DNA from: Oopsacas minuta
Taxonomy: Eukaryota; Animalia; Porifera
Reading direction: 5' to 3'
Assembly: GCA_024704765.1 (NCBI GenBank)
Contig: JAKMXF010000110.1
Location: forward strand, 62,001 to 126,000
DNA length: 64,000 nucleotides
Shown here: in pieces, positions 1 through 13,857 of the stretch
Position numbering within the stretch: the stretch's first letter is position 1
Layout of the letters: each line of letters starts with the position of its first letter
Translations under genes and position numbers: made by a program
The notes under the pieces: generated by a model
What the model was told of the DNA's origin: nothing
Database searches by the model: none
Seen by the model: the letters and a program-made list of their open reading frames with translations, nothing else

Positions 1-1642
1 TGATACTCAAATCATGTTAAGTTATAATTATGATAATAGTATTGTTAATTAGAATGGAATCAGTAAGATCAATCAGAGGTGTTGATTGGATTGGGAATAC
101 AACAGTTAAGAGTTAATTTAGATTCATTGGTTAGGAAATTAGATTATTGAATGGTTAAATAATGGCAGGAGATAGTATTGACGGAATAAGTGTGATGATT
201 GTCCCAAAGTGAGGGAAAACACTTGAAATTATCGAAGTCAGAGTATAAGCAGTGGAAATAATTAAAATTATCAACTAAACAATGAGACTATTTTCAATAG
301 AAAATGGCAGAAGTTCTCGCTATCACTACCAATGTAGGCTAAAATTAAGTGAAGAAAGTTAAACTATTAATATGTGTAACTCTGTCACAAATCGTCCTGG
401 GAAGCACTTGGAAAATGGTTAAATTTGGAGCAACCGATATGATAATATTAAACGGATCTACAGTGACCATTTTCATTAGAATATTTCGGGTGGAATTCGG
501 TTAATATAAATTTTAATAAAATGACCTAATTAATGAATAGTATTATTGCGACTTCTAATAACCACAATTCTATATATATTTAGGATAATTAAAAGGACAG
601 TAGAGATAAGCAGATAATTTTGTCTGGAAAAACCATGATTATTTAGCTATTCAATAATAATAGATAATTTCTAAGGATTTCAACTATATATTATCAACAT
701 ATATATTCAATTCCTGTGGGTTTATGTAAATGAAACATATGACACTTTTGGTGTGAATAAGAAAAAAGATAATTTCGCCTAAAAATCAACCAACAATCTT
801 TGACATGTGATTAAAATTGATATTATCACCAGATCTATGAATGAATGAATGTCATATGCGTAAATCACAGATATCGAAATATTAGAATAATTCTCAGTAT
901 TATTTCTCTCAATATCCGTTTCGCAAAGAACTTTCAAATTGTGTATAAGTAACCGTGTTATAAGTCTAAAGAGCGTCAGAATGAAATTCTACGTCTAGCA
1001 GGACTAATTTTATGTATTTATGTCTAATCACAAAACCCTACAATCTGATTGGGCTAAAATACGGAGGTGTGAAAAGGTGCGAAAATATATACCCAAGAAT
1101 AATTTCAAATGTATTTGCATAGTCGGAACAGTAAAAGATTTGTAACCTGAATGAAACCTAAAGGGACATAAACTTGTCTAGCACCTGATTATTTTATCAC
1201 CACAAAGATAGTTTGTTTACATATGTTCCCTTAATCATATAGTTGTACACTTTAGTTATTCAAGGGAAGTAAATAACTACACACACGTCGTATGATAGAT
1301 TTGAATAGGAAGTAATATAATGTGTCAGGAAATGAATTCAATACCGAAGTGGTTATAACCAGACAGAAGTTAATATTAAATTATAGGTTAACCAATCTTA
1401 GTTTTGTAACATTGAAAAGCTATCACTAAGTTGAAAAATCTTGCAATATCAAATATCTCTTAACTAATATCAGGGCCATCTCGAAGATTATCAACCAGAC
1501 ATTTTCGCGGAAAGAATAAAGGTAAGCATCTATAGAACAGATTTTTACAACTGTAACATGAATAATTATTCTTAACACCAAGGAGCCAAATTCCATAATT
1601 TGAACAACCACGATTTACGCATTCGTATATTATATTATTATA

Positions 1643-1811
1643 CAGTCGAACTCAGGTAAGATGTACTCGGCATAAGACGTTACTATTTCTTAAATCTCAA
1701 AAACTTAGTCATCATCTTTATAACACAATACCTATTCGGATAAGAGGTACTCTGTTAGTACATACTAATTTTGGCCTTGACGAAGGGATATGTCTTATCC
1801 GAGTTCTACTG
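1643..1811. mobile_element. Tc1/pogo-type MITE
   Basis: Imperfect TIRs cagtcgaactcaggtaaga / tcttatccgagttctactg, with TA on both sides (1641-42, 1812-13). A related degenerate copy lies at about 11134-11314. Confidence 0.65.
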
Positions 1812-3449
1812 TACATTACAGCACTACCTTTTATGGGTATCATAGAATAGCGAATTTTGCTCACCTATAAATATCGCATCTTCACACATAGACCACGAAT
1901 ACAAATATTAATCATACTAAGTTGAATTAAGGCAGATTACTGGTCTATATTATGAGAGAGGAAGCAAAAGTTAGCTTTTAGTTCGGCAAAATATATACCG
2001 TAAAAGCATAGCAATCAATCAGGTGTGTGATATATATAACCACTATTAGATGAGTTCGACATAGAGTCTGATATCAATGATGCAAATAAGAATAATAAGA
2101 AGTAGAGCGTGTTTAGTAAGAATGATATAATGAATAGCCTAATTACAAATTAAATATATAATTGTGGTACTATCTATTAGATAATTAGACAAACTTTACA
2201 TACTAATAGTAATGTGATTTGTAGTATGAAATCGTCTTCAATAACCTCACTAAATGAATTAATTAGGATCAATTGTTTCTGACATCATGACATTCAAAAG
2301 TAGACAGTTTTCTTTTCAAGAATCTTTGAGAAGTGTTAACAGAGGATAATATGCTAGAGATAGTATCATCAAAGTTACCAGCAGGATTAGCGTCGTTCGA
2401 ATAATATAACATCAGATCGGTTAAATATACACGAAAAACTAAGATTAGAAGTCAACCAACCAATCTATTAAGCCAGTGACATATAGATAATGCATATACT
2501 CAGTAACATAATGAAATATTGTAAATATATCCTAACTATTAGACTATCCCATTAAATATGTAATATGTTGAATTCCAAGTTACAAGATTCTTCCAAAACA
2601 AATAATATATCTTAATTGGGCCGGGAAGCATGATTCAATTTTAGCCAAATGGTTATGTTGATGTTCAATCAGTTATATAGAATCAACTCAAAAGAAATGT
2701 CCAGTTGGAAAAAACCAACTATATTTGTCTGGTTTACTATTGAGAAGATCCGTTATATATTGGAAAGGGAAGCAATCGTTAATTAATTGTATTAATTGTT
2801 CAATCAAGATAATATGTATAATGCTCTTGGTCGCCATAATATTAATATAATATTACACAAAGCTCTCTTGTGTTGGTTATAACTAGACTAATCGTAACAA
2901 CACATAGAATAGATAGAACACATTAAACTTAGGTCAAGTTTACATGTGTAATATAAACAAAAGTCTAGACCAAATAATAAATTATAAATGCATCATATTT
3001 TTCCTGATTATTTCTCTCAAAACGCAATAACCAAATATTGAGCATACAGTGTATGATATCATTAAATTGTATTAGAATACCGTTATATTTGGTTAAGACA
3101 AAAATTATAGTGTATCTTAATTGAAGTGGTATGCACTATGGCTTAAGTATCTATCAGCAATAATTTTTAACATTCCTTTGGGTTCATTAGTTGATATCAT
3201 CGCATTACCAGAAACTATGTTAGTAAATTTGAGACAGTAGACCGTGTGCTGCCAAGTCTCCTTAAATTTACGTATATTAAGTATTTTGGCTGCTATCTAC
3301 GATCTATGTAACCGATTTCTACATATTCTTACGCTTTGTGTTCGACTTCAGTAAACAACGGTGTAAAGATTTCCTAGAAATATGACCAAATAACGTATTG
3401 CTCAGAATAAGAATCTGAGATCCTGGACATTTACTTAGGCAAATATGTA

Positions 3450-3550
3450 CAGTAGAAACAGCCTATTAGCAAATCGTATTTAGCAAGAATTTGCCTAGCT
3501 TATAAGGGAAATTTGCTATTAGACGAATTGCTAATAGGTTCTTTCCACTG
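3450..3550. mobile_element. Tc1/pogo-type MITE
   Basis: TIRs cagtagaaacagcctattagcaa / ttgctaataggttctttccactg, flanked by TA. Related copies at 29648-29759 and about 32560-32640. Confidence 0.65.
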
Positions 3551-3721
3551 TATATGTAAATATTGGTGATAAGGAGCAGTTGTAATTTTATATCCAGTTC
3601 AATCGGCACTGGCAGCACTGAGTAGAGTGTATATTAAATAGGAGAGTAATAAACTTGGAGTCAAGTAAATAACAAATTTACCTGGAAAATCACCAAAATA
3701 ATCTAAGTACAGTAAACTGCC

Positions 3722-3765
3722 ATAGATTTATAGATTTATAGATTTATAGATTTATAGATTTATAG
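3722..3765. repeat. Tandem repeat (ATAGATTT)x5.5
   Basis: Read directly; lies about 110 bp beyond the stop of the 7TM gene. Confidence 0.9.
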
Positions 3766-3876
3766 TTTCATACAATAACTGAATTATTTAATATCTATCA
3801 ATTAAAGCATATATAATAATACACAAAAATATATCATAAGATTACAGCAAAAATAACAGTTAATAACAGTTAAAAT

Positions 3877-5028
3877 TTAATAAATGAGATCAGACCTAAA
3901 CCCCTGAATAAAGGGAGGTCTCTGTTGATACTGCCTGTAGGGAGTAGAGAGAGTAGCATGGTACCTTTCCATCAGTGGTTTTATGGTAGCAACATTAACG
4001 GAATTGTATTGCTTCTGTTTCCTAACGAATTTCAACACAATTCCAACACAGACCATTACATACACTAAAGATACTGATATTTCTATTATTATTAAGATTG
4101 CCGTATGAATCGACATGGAGTTTTTGAGGATATTTCCTAGTATATCATTCTGCTGTTTTGAAAATGTGAGGGTAGGAAATAGACCGAAGGAGAACTTGTA
4201 TATGAAACTAGGAAAATATAACATTATCCTAATGGGTGATACATAGAATAGAATGAGTGAATCAATGATTAATAGGACGAAGCATGTAGATGTGAATATC
4301 TGTGCATAGAAGAATTGTTTGACTATTAAGCAATTAGCATAGAATACCGTAATATTTGAATGCCAACGAGCTTCATCTCTCCGTCCTTTCAGTAGAAGGT
4401 AGAAGCTTTTACAGCAAGGAATATATACACATAGATCAATAACCTCGAATGGAAAGTACATCATTTGAGAAATGTATGACAATGGAATTGACAGAGATAA
4501 AAGTACGAAGAGACTTAATCTACCAATAATAAATATTAAATAACCGATAACCCATTTTTTGTATGGGAGGTTGAGGTAAGCTCTCCTCAACACAATCAAG
4601 TAAAGACAAGTTATGGGAAGAATTAGATTTATTGTTATATTTTCAATTTGAAGTGTTATCAGAGCTAAGTTTGACATTGGAGCATGATCTGATATTAGAA
4701 AAGAATTGGATATATTTGGAAAATAAACATTCATGAACAGAGGTACATCATTCGTATCAAACATATTAATACCGCCAGCAACATTAACGATTAATTCCAT
4801 TGAGGACAGTATTATAAGGAAAGCATACACCATGGATTCTATCTTAAGATTTAGCTTTACCTTACTAAGATCGATGTCAAGAATTGTTGAAGATGGAATA
4901 TTTCTCAGCTGCACACTAACCCTATATCTTCCACGGATGAAATAGCAAGTGATGAATAATATCATGAGGATATATGGAAGCAGAAATATAGGGCCAATTG
5001 CTAGAAGAAATGATTGTAAAGAAGTCAT
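3877..5028 (-). CDS. Orphan intronless 7-TM membrane protein, 383 aa (GPCR-like topology, no DRY/NPxxY)
   Basis: Long ORF with about 7 hydrophobic segments and basic loops after TM1, TM3 and TM5. Homologous by eye to 57244-58370. Confidence 0.75.
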   Translation of the reverse strand: MTSLQSFLLAIGPIFLLPYILMILFITCYFIRGRYRVSVQLRNIPSSTILDIDLSKVKLNLKIESMVYAFLIILSSMELIVNVAGGINMFDTNDVPLFMNVYFPNISNSFLISDHAPMSNLALITLQIENITINLILPITCLYLIVLRRAYLNLPYKKWVIGYLIFIIGRLSLFVLLSLSIPLSYISQMMYFPFEVIDLCVYIPCCKSFYLLLKGRRDEARWHSNITVFYANCLIVKQFFYAQIFTSTCFVLLIIDSLILFYVSPIRIMLYFPSFIYKFSFGLFPTLTFSKQQNDILGNILKNSMSIHTAILIIIEISVSLVYVMVCVGIVLKFVRKQKQYNSVNVATIKPLMERYHATLSTPYRQYQQRPPFIQGFRSDLIY

Positions 5029-6638
5029 TTAAAGGAGTTATTGCATAAACATATCACAGTAAACAGTATATGTATAGTTATATAGCATAGTGAAATGATA
5101 ACCACGAAAATAGCTCTAAATGCCTAATCCTGTGATAATTTTAATAAACGCTAACAAAATGAATTTCATTCATATTTACGTAGAAAAAATACCGGAACTA
5201 TCAAAAATTAGATACACATACCAACTAGAAAAATTATCAGAGTTTACAATGATTACGTAATTAATTATTAGGTAATAGTTTATAGATCGCTGATATCGTT
5301 TAGAAATTATTAAAATCTGTTAACTATCTGATAAAGTATCCATAGCACTGCAATATTTAATCTGTAGCAATTAAGAAATGACTTTGTAGAGTTGAAAAAG
5401 ACCAAATGTTGGTAAAGTTATAGAAATTGTATATCAAATATTCTAATTAATTAAACTGGCATTTGATTTTGGAAATAAACCCATTGAATTTGAGGAACAA
5501 GCACAAGTGTTTTAGTACCACATACTCTTTCCAGATTGACCCGACAATACTTTGAAACCTAGCATAATGGGGTATTTTACATTAAAAGGTATTATTAATC
5601 CTCAAAAAGGTGTGAAAATTTCACTCTGTATAAAGAAACGTTGTAGATTATTTCGTATATTTCACATAAGAGGCTATATAATATTTACAAGAATACAAAT
5701 CTATCCAAATAATAGAAAAGTAACTCTCAGAACGTAAAATGCTTTCATGGTAACTTGACAACACTATAGATAACTTATAATCTAAATATATTCACACACG
5801 ACAGCAGCCATAGATTTAAGAGACTCGGAACATGGATAAATCGATCATATTTGATAATATATTACCCAGCTATACATGTCCCGAGCAACTGAATCCATTG
5901 ATTAATTCAAACGTCCTTTTTACAGTGAAACACGCTTATAACTAACAAGGATATAGTGAATAAACTCTGATGTTAATGAGTTCGTTATAATCTTGTTCCA
6001 AGCTAGTACTTTCAAATACAAAATTATTCCGAAACAGAGACAACATGCTTTTCTATTATTGAGAGAATTCTTCTCGAAATATACATATGCTAACATCCAT
6101 TAATTTTGATAAATTAGCAAAATCATCATTTTTTGTCATTTATAAATAGTGCAGTGTCCAGACACAGACGTTTCTCAAATTTTCACATTATCCATCTATA
6201 TCTCATACTTGCCAACTTTGGAAATGTGTCGCCAAGACATATCAAAAACCTTAACTGTTCCGATTTTTGGTAGTTCAGTCTAATACAATATTTTACGTCC
6301 CGTGATGTCCCGCTAAATTAGTACTTTCCGTCCCCTTTTTCTTCACTCATAGTGGCAAGTTAAGTTTAGACTCTGCTTTATTGAGTCAAATCGGGACCAG
6401 GCCATTTTGATTGGATCAAGCGGAAAAAAGGTATTGGCACGATTAACCGGAGTAAATAACAATATTTGCATGGTTCTGTTTCTGGCCAAGAGACCTGATT
6501 AACCTGTGGCTCTGTTAAGCGTAGTCTACTGTACTTGCATTCATCCATATCTACCACAGTAAGTAACCTAGTGATCGAAATAGGACATAAATATTTTAAT
6601 CTATTCTTCCTACTACTAATTATCTTCAGTTGAATGTT

Positions 6639-6679
6639 TCAGTGATTAATTGAACTAATAAAGTTCAATTAATCACTGA
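6639..6679. repeat. Perfect 18-bp inverted repeat with 5-nt loop
   Basis: tcagtgattaattgaact-aataa-agttcaattaatcactga. Confidence 0.9.
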
Positions 6680-8487
6680 GCTACAAATTAGTATCATTGG
6701 AATGTTGGTTGCTAGATATGGGATACAAATCTTTGTTTAATTAGAGTTATGATTTTGTAATCTCCAATTAATGGAATACTCTATGGTTTTACTTCATTGC
6801 AGCTTCGATTATAGAGTAGATATGTATTTCAATGGAAAGACCTTAGAACCTGTTAACAGAATATCCTAGGGATTTGCTAAATATAGCTCAAATAGACAGG
6901 TGACTGACGAATATATTAGTGTTTGATCATAGACCAGTTAACAGAATAGCTAGGTGGCTGTTGACAACTCTTGTGTGAATGGAGATGCTAGCAATCTCTG
7001 TATTATTAGGGTTGATATCAACCATACAGCAACCCTAAAGGGGAAATGCTAGTAGCTACGCCTGGTATATGGGGTGGATTATTCCTGGAGTGCTGCAGGT
7101 AAAAGATATGGCTAGAGAATAAATTGGGTGAATTAGAGCGAGATGTATAAGTACAAGTCCAGGAAAGAACTATGGTTATACAAAAAAATCATGAAAAGTT
7201 TGCACGGTATAGTTGATGGGTAAAGATAAGGATGGTTAATTAGCACTTACAATAGTAGAGAAGTTTAATAATAAACAAGCAAGGATAAATGAAATTTTAT
7301 AAGCTAAATAGATACCTGCAACTCGGGACATTTTACCATGAAACAAACAATACTAATAATGTTAATCGGGTCGAAATGCCCTGATCCCGAAATGACACTA
7401 TTAAGTGGCTGATGTAATTATAGAACAGTCAACTCCTGTTATCGAAGTTTGAAATGGACAAATATGGTCTCAACCTGTAAAAAGAAACATAAATTACATT
7501 GGTTATATCGAACTCCGCTTATATTTTTCGCAGTCCCTTGAGCTTCGATAGAATGAACATTGAGTGTATAAGAGCGCAAATATTATACGCGAGTATGTAG
7601 GACTACTCACTATATGAGAGTAAACAAAAGAAACAATTATAACAATTATGAGAAAATTATAGATGCAAATTATACTAGGTAATGGATAGGTGAAATATTC
7701 CTGAGATAAAATTATGAAGTATTTATCAGAGAACAATAGTACGTCAGAATATTTAAAGAAGCTTTTCACTTCCTCGACAAACTACGATAACTCTTCCATT
7801 ATCTACAGTAACACCTGTAGGATTAGGTATAGATATCTGTATATCAATTCAAATTGAGAGTTGAAAATAGTAATAAAGTCAGAAGAAGAATATTATTAGA
7901 CGTATCGATATAGAAGAAATGCGAATGAATCAACTGTGATCTAACTCCGTGGGAAAAGACACTCTTCTGTAGATGATATTGTAGTTGAACAGATGAAGAC
8001 AAGGAATAGATTAATCAATAACAAAAATGAATTGTGTTTCGAAGGTAAGTTGTTTGAAAAGTATCTGAATACGACAATTCATAAAATCACATATGTATAC
8101 CTAACTGTTAGATTCATCAAATGTCAGACCATGAGGAAGAGTAAATTCCAATTCTCCTTTCCTAGATTTCCCTATTCTTGAAACAAATTCCCATTAACTT
8201 GATAATTATAATTCAGAATACATAGCCTCACCATTATTATCCAATATTTTCACTAGTCACTCCTTCTGGCCCAACAAGATTTTCTAGCCCCGTTCCTCTT
8301 TTACAAAAACTGATTGTTGTACCTTGCTGTTATCGTCTATTACAGAGAATAATTCTTCCGAAAGTTGCCTGTAGCCATTTGGTTAGTTCTGTAAATTTGA
8401 GGTCAAACAATTAGAATATATAGAAAGATATCTATGAAATGACTTATAAACTAAGTAATATATATCATTGTGAAATTTACCACGATG

Positions 8488-8592
8488 AAATCGTGAGATT
8501 TTTCTAGAATCTCACGATTTTGAAAGTTCCCAAGTTGAGAGCTCTGTTATCATGGGGGATACATCCCCCATCCTCCGCCTGGATCCTCCACT
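8488..8592. mobile_element. Adjacent DNA-transposon end fragments (hAT-like and Harbinger-like)
   Basis: 13-bp hairpin aaatcgtgagatt/aatctcacgattt, then gttgagagctctg (hAT-like end), then ctggatcctccactg (Harbinger-like end). Partner ends not found. Confidence 0.35.
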
Positions 8593-9100
8593 GGAGGTAA
8601 ACATACAATTAAGACTGGATAATCAAGACATTCGATAAAGTTCATCACCAGAAGGAACCACCTCCGTTCGAGCTCGTAGATCTAGATATTAACCCTGCAT
8701 CAGACACATCGAAGACAATTCATTCAAATTTGAACCCTAGCATTGGCTGGAGTTTACTCAGTAATATTTAGAAGCCTTATGTCAAGAGTTGCATAAGACC
8801 TGGTTCAAATACTAATCCATGAAACCATACACTAACAAGGTCTTTAATCCTTAGCACACACAATTTCTCTCCTTGATAACATGAAATCTACATATAGCAT
8901 CCTTTGTTGTAAAATGCATTACAAATGTTGTCTCGCAAGTATATAAGCACTATTGACATACAAATTTACTAATAGCAATATTCTCTGTGTGAGTTCCTCA
9001 ATTGACGTAAATCAAAAAAAGTTCCAAAACTTGAGCCTGCAAATAAATCATTTTGTATAATATTGCAGGTCGCTTTCATAACTTTATTGTAGAGTATCAA

Positions 9101-9110
9101 GTATAAATAG
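9101..9110 (+). promoter_or_regulatory. TATA box of kinase 9185
   Basis: GTATAAATAG about 75 nt upstream of the ATG. The identical 10-mer lies upstream of kinase 20244. Confidence 0.6.
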
Positions 9111-9184
9111 AGCTTCACTTATTACGAAATTATTCCAGCTTTTACAATTTCAGTTTTTGTTCTAGTCACTTACAAATTTACATA

Positions 9185-10066
9185 ATGGCAGATTTTTACC
9201 AAAAGCAAGATATTGACTTCAAGACAAAGAACTTCAAGAACGAATATATGCTTCTAGACACGATTATTGGGGAGGGATCTAGTGGTTTCATATACACATG
9301 TAAATCAATCAAAGAGAACAAAATATACGCTTTGAAATGCCTTGAGGACGATGAGATGAGCGTTGCAGAAATTCACTTTCTCCAGAAATGCAGAGATAAG
9401 GAGCACTTGATTTCTCTCAAAGATGTTTTCTACAACAAAGGATTCCTACAGGAACAAAGCGAGGGAGAGAAATACTTCTATTTAGTCATGGAGATAATGG
9501 ATGGGAATCTTCAAGAAAAGACTTTACAAGGTATAACAGAATCTACTGCAGCTTATTTAGCAAGGGAAGTTGCACTTGGGTTGCTGGAGCTACACGGATT
9601 AGGTATAATACATCGTGACATCAAACTGGAAAACGTTCTTTATAAAAACACAACACTTGAAGATGGCCAATCTCACATACAAGTCATGTTAGTAGATTTC
9701 GGCTTAGCAGTAGAAGAGCGTAATAAACCAACTGATCCGATATACACAGTGTATTATGGAGCGCCGGAAATAATCGCACTTGACACTGAACTCAACCCAG
9801 AACTTGTATACAGCACTCCATACGATCACAGAGTAGATATTTGGTCATTCGGTGTCCTCGTGTATATGTTGCTCAGCAAACTACAACCTCCATTCAATGA
9901 CGTCACAGAAAGTCTAACTGGACATGTAGACTTCCCTGAACCAACCTGGAGTAATATCTCAGATGACGCTAGAAACCTAATTTGCCACATTTTACAGTCT
10001 GGCCCCGAAAAAAGACCCTCTCTAGAGGAAATATTAGTTCACCCTTGGTTCAACATACTTCAGTAA
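9185..10066 (+). CDS. Intronless Ser/Thr kinase, MAPKAPK (MK2/MK5)-like, CAMK group, 293 aa
   Basis: GEGSSG loop, YALK, HRDIKLEN, DFG, YTVYYGAPE, DIWSFG, HPW. Confidence 0.9.
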   Translation: MADFYQKQDIDFKTKNFKNEYMLLDTIIGEGSSGFIYTCKSIKENKIYALKCLEDDEMSVAEIHFLQKCRDKEHLISLKDVFYNKGFLQEQSEGEKYFYLVMEIMDGNLQEKTLQGITESTAAYLAREVALGLLELHGLGIIHRDIKLENVLYKNTTLEDGQSHIQVMLVDFGLAVEERNKPTDPIYTVYYGAPEIIALDTELNPELVYSTPYDHRVDIWSFGVLVYMLLSKLQPPFNDVTESLTGHVDFPEPTWSNISDDARNLICHILQSGPEKRPSLEEILVHPWFNILQ

Positions 10067-10406
10067 TGTTAGTAATTAATTCAATCTCTGCTGCATGATT
10101 CCCTCACCAACCTTTTCCCTTTTTGGTATTATATTTTATAATCACTTGTATATACGAATTTTATATAGGTAAATTTGTAAATTTTATTATATGGAATTGT
10201 GCTTGACTATTTCTGTTGTCATATTAATATATAACAATTTAATATTCATTAATTTTGAATTAAAATACGAACAATCTTGCAATTATTATTATATTATAAA
10301 TACGGGTTGTACAACTCTCGGAAATGTTGTTACTGTGTTGGAAATCAGTAACTTATGCATGGGAATGTTCTATGGGATTTGTTTAGGGGAAGTCTAATAG
10401 ATACAA

Positions 10407-10460
10407 CAGTGGTTCCCAACCTTTCACCAGTGGATCCCCTCCCATAGAATGGAGTAGATC
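10407..10460. mobile_element. hAT (Charlie-like) terminal fragment
   Basis: Starts cagtggttcccaacctt; no matching other end seen. Confidence 0.35.
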
Positions 10461-13400
10461 TTGTGGTCCGTGGATCACCAACTAAGGTCATTTATATAAT
10501 TCGGAGATGATTGAAATCGATAAATTTACTGAAAAAGATTTCCATGACAGTTGCAATAAATTAGATTGCTTCAATATGATTGCAATGTAATAGTATTCAG
10601 ACTTATCAAATTGCAACTATGTTACAAATTCCCAAAAACTGTAGCGTAAAGATATTCAATAGTTCGAGATAAACAAACAAAATTATGGAGCTAATTATAG
10701 CCACTTATATCAATGATGGTGACTTAATACGTAAAAGTATGTGTCATGTCATATGTGAATCAAGACGATGATGAGCAATTAATTAATTATGTAACCATAG
10801 CAACATAAACAACACATGGTATGGCTCTTCAATCTAATAATATAACAAGATCTTAGGAAGCAACGTGTTAGACGGGTGACTGGACAAAAGATACAATGTG
10901 GTTGGATTATGCAGGTTGCACTATAGTAAGTTTCATAATAAACCTGATTTTACCAATAATAGCAGAAATGGAATTTTTGGCCAATAGATCAGAACACCTA
11001 CAACAAAATCGATAGACAAAAGGTGATAATTTGAAAAATACGAACAAAATACAGGTTAAAAACGACAAAAAAGATAACAAAGCCAGTGCCAAGCAAAAAC
11101 CGATTTGGATATTAGTATAAGAATATTAAATAACAGTAAAACTCAGTTAGTACGTACTCGGCCCTCAGAAGTAATTTCAGTTAGTACCTACTTTTCTCCA
11201 AAACGGATTTCGCTAATTGTATAGGAAGAATATTCGGACAAGACGTACTTCGGTTAATATAGTACTTAGTATACTAGTATTTTTGTTCTCCAAAGGGGTA
11301 TTATTCGAGTTCTGTATCATGATATTGAAATTTAAAACAAAACTTCACGTACAGGGATATGAATTCACATAATTTGATCATTACAGGAACAAGAATTAAC
11401 GTATATAGCTACAGGAATTATATAAATTTTGGTTAGTATAATATATTGCTTCAGTATCAAATGACTATGTTATAATGACGAAAATATGAATACGTGACTT
11501 TATTCAAATCAAAATAATCATCAAAAAACTCGAACTAATGTTACAGCCTGTTCAGGATAACTTATAATCAAAAAGGGATTAGATGTTATTCTGTAGAAAT
11601 CTGAATCAGTAAGACACAAAAATTAGGAAGAAAGTAAGAATAATAATATTAGTAAGCAGAATTCAATTGTAAACAAAACAATGGAAGGATAATATAAAAT
11701 GAATTTTAAAATATTGATTACAATATCGGAAGAATAGCTAAAGAGAAATGGCAGTTAAAAGTAATTTTGAATTAACGTACAATTGAAGCAATTCAATATG
11801 ATAACGAGGAGTCTGCGAAATCTCAGGTTAAAATCCCTAATATATTATAAGTGAATTTGTCTAGGATTTCGTGTTGATATGATAATTTGCTGAAAACTCA
11901 TGTGTAATCATTAGTCAATAAGGTTTGATACATACATTTCGTTGGGAGAGAGAATATCTATTTCGAAAACTTTTCCCAAACAGATGTTCAAGTCAATTAC
12001 TAATTGTTGTCACTAAAAATACCAGAAAAGTAATTAGATAATGCTATTAGTCAATAAATAGTTTCGGTCGGGAAATTACAGTAACATACGCTATTTAGAA
12101 ATTTCACAAATGTCTCCATTCTGTAAGAATATAACCCATATCGAAAATTAACACAATGATTACACCTAATAGCTATACATAGCATAAAATCAAAATATAT
12201 AAATAAATACATAATATTGTCGCCACAATAATTCTACATGTTGAAAGTATCTAGTAAGCAATAGGTGAATAATTTCAATTAGGATAAGTACCATATCAAA
12301 TATGGTATATCTGCTAAAGGGAAACCTACTGTAATTAGTGGTCATGTGGATAAACTTGTGATTTAGAGATAACCAAAGTTCAGTCCAGGTGGACAAGGAG
12401 CAGTAATTTGAGATTAATTTACCAGCAAGGTGTATAGGAAATTGTATGGTATATCTTCTGCTGACATAAGTATTGTAAAACTACAAACGAATACACAAAA
12501 CTATCATCAGAGATATAATGAAAGTATTTGACATTAAATTATTGGTCCCATGGTATTAACAGGTGTACTGAGACTTTTTCCATTACATCATCCAAATATT
12601 TGTAGCTAAATTTAGCAGTTGATACTAATAATGGAATGAATTGTTCCAGGAAAATGTTTTGAAAACGAAACTATGGGTTATTAATGAATAAACAATGATT
12701 AGTTTGTAGAATGAAAGTATTACTAATGGAATAGTATAGCTTGCTTTTCTGTTACACAGGTTAATTACAATAAATATTCTAATGGAATTTACAACATAAC
12801 TTAGACGACCTACATTTCCTTGAATTAATCAAGTAGAAAACAAATACACTTAGTATATGAGATGATTCAACACTTGATCTACTGATATATGGCGAGCGAA
12901 AAATGTCGTAATAGATCATAATGTTTCTGGATAAGTATCAGGAGAGAAATGGGATCATTATTTCAAACTAAATCTAATCAATTACTAGCCTCTTAATTAA
13001 TATACGTAATTAAGCTGATTCAATACTAATGTAACTTCGAGATATTTGTGCTAGTATACGATATGACGACTGTAAGTTATTAAGCAGTCAGACAAGATAA
13101 ATCAACTCAGTAAAGGTAAATTGAGGTAACTGCTTGAGTAAAGAGAACGTATCCAAGTTATAATTAATGCAAGAACGATAAGTAGATAAACACACGCGAG
13201 CCTAGTGCCTTTGATTCTAATTTTTATGGCTGAAACGAAATCAATAATAGAAGCTTAGATAATAAATAAAGGCATTAAGCGTGCTATGCTAATAAAAAGT
13301 ATTCAATGAATATTAGTTTGAAACAACACATATTTTTCCGTAGAATTAGCACTAGTTTCAAATTTTACTAAAGACTTGCATAATTCTAGTATTTGTATGA

Positions 13401-13631
13401 TTGCATCCAATAATGAACAATAAATCGCCTACTATCACTAATAATGCAGATATACATATAAATAATCATAGAAAATATTCGAAACTACGTATGTCAAAAC
13501 TATAGTACAGTAGTGTTACTGAAAGGAAATGAGGTGAAATGTAAAGAACACACCCTAAGACTAGGGATAATTATTGAAGTTATTGCTGGAAAGATTGTAT
13601 TGTGCAATAAAGGCATAAAGTCACCATATAC

Positions 13632-13857
13632 GATGCAACTTTTGCATGCAACAAGAAAATAAATTTCATGCAATATTGTTGCAGGAAATTATAACATGCT
13701 CCTATTTCCATGTAACAAGTTTCATGCAACTCAAAACATTCAGAGTGCAACAATGCCCTCAATATTCCAAAAACAAATCTCATAGAATTTTACAGTATGT
13801 AAAATTCAACATACACCATGCAACTTTGTTGTTGTATCTAACAAAGCTGCATCTTGT
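13632..13857. repeat. TGCAAC/GTTGCA-rich interspersed repeat
   Basis: Multiple atgcaac/gttgca motifs with imperfect inverted ends. The same motif recurs at about 61679-61708. Confidence 0.45.
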
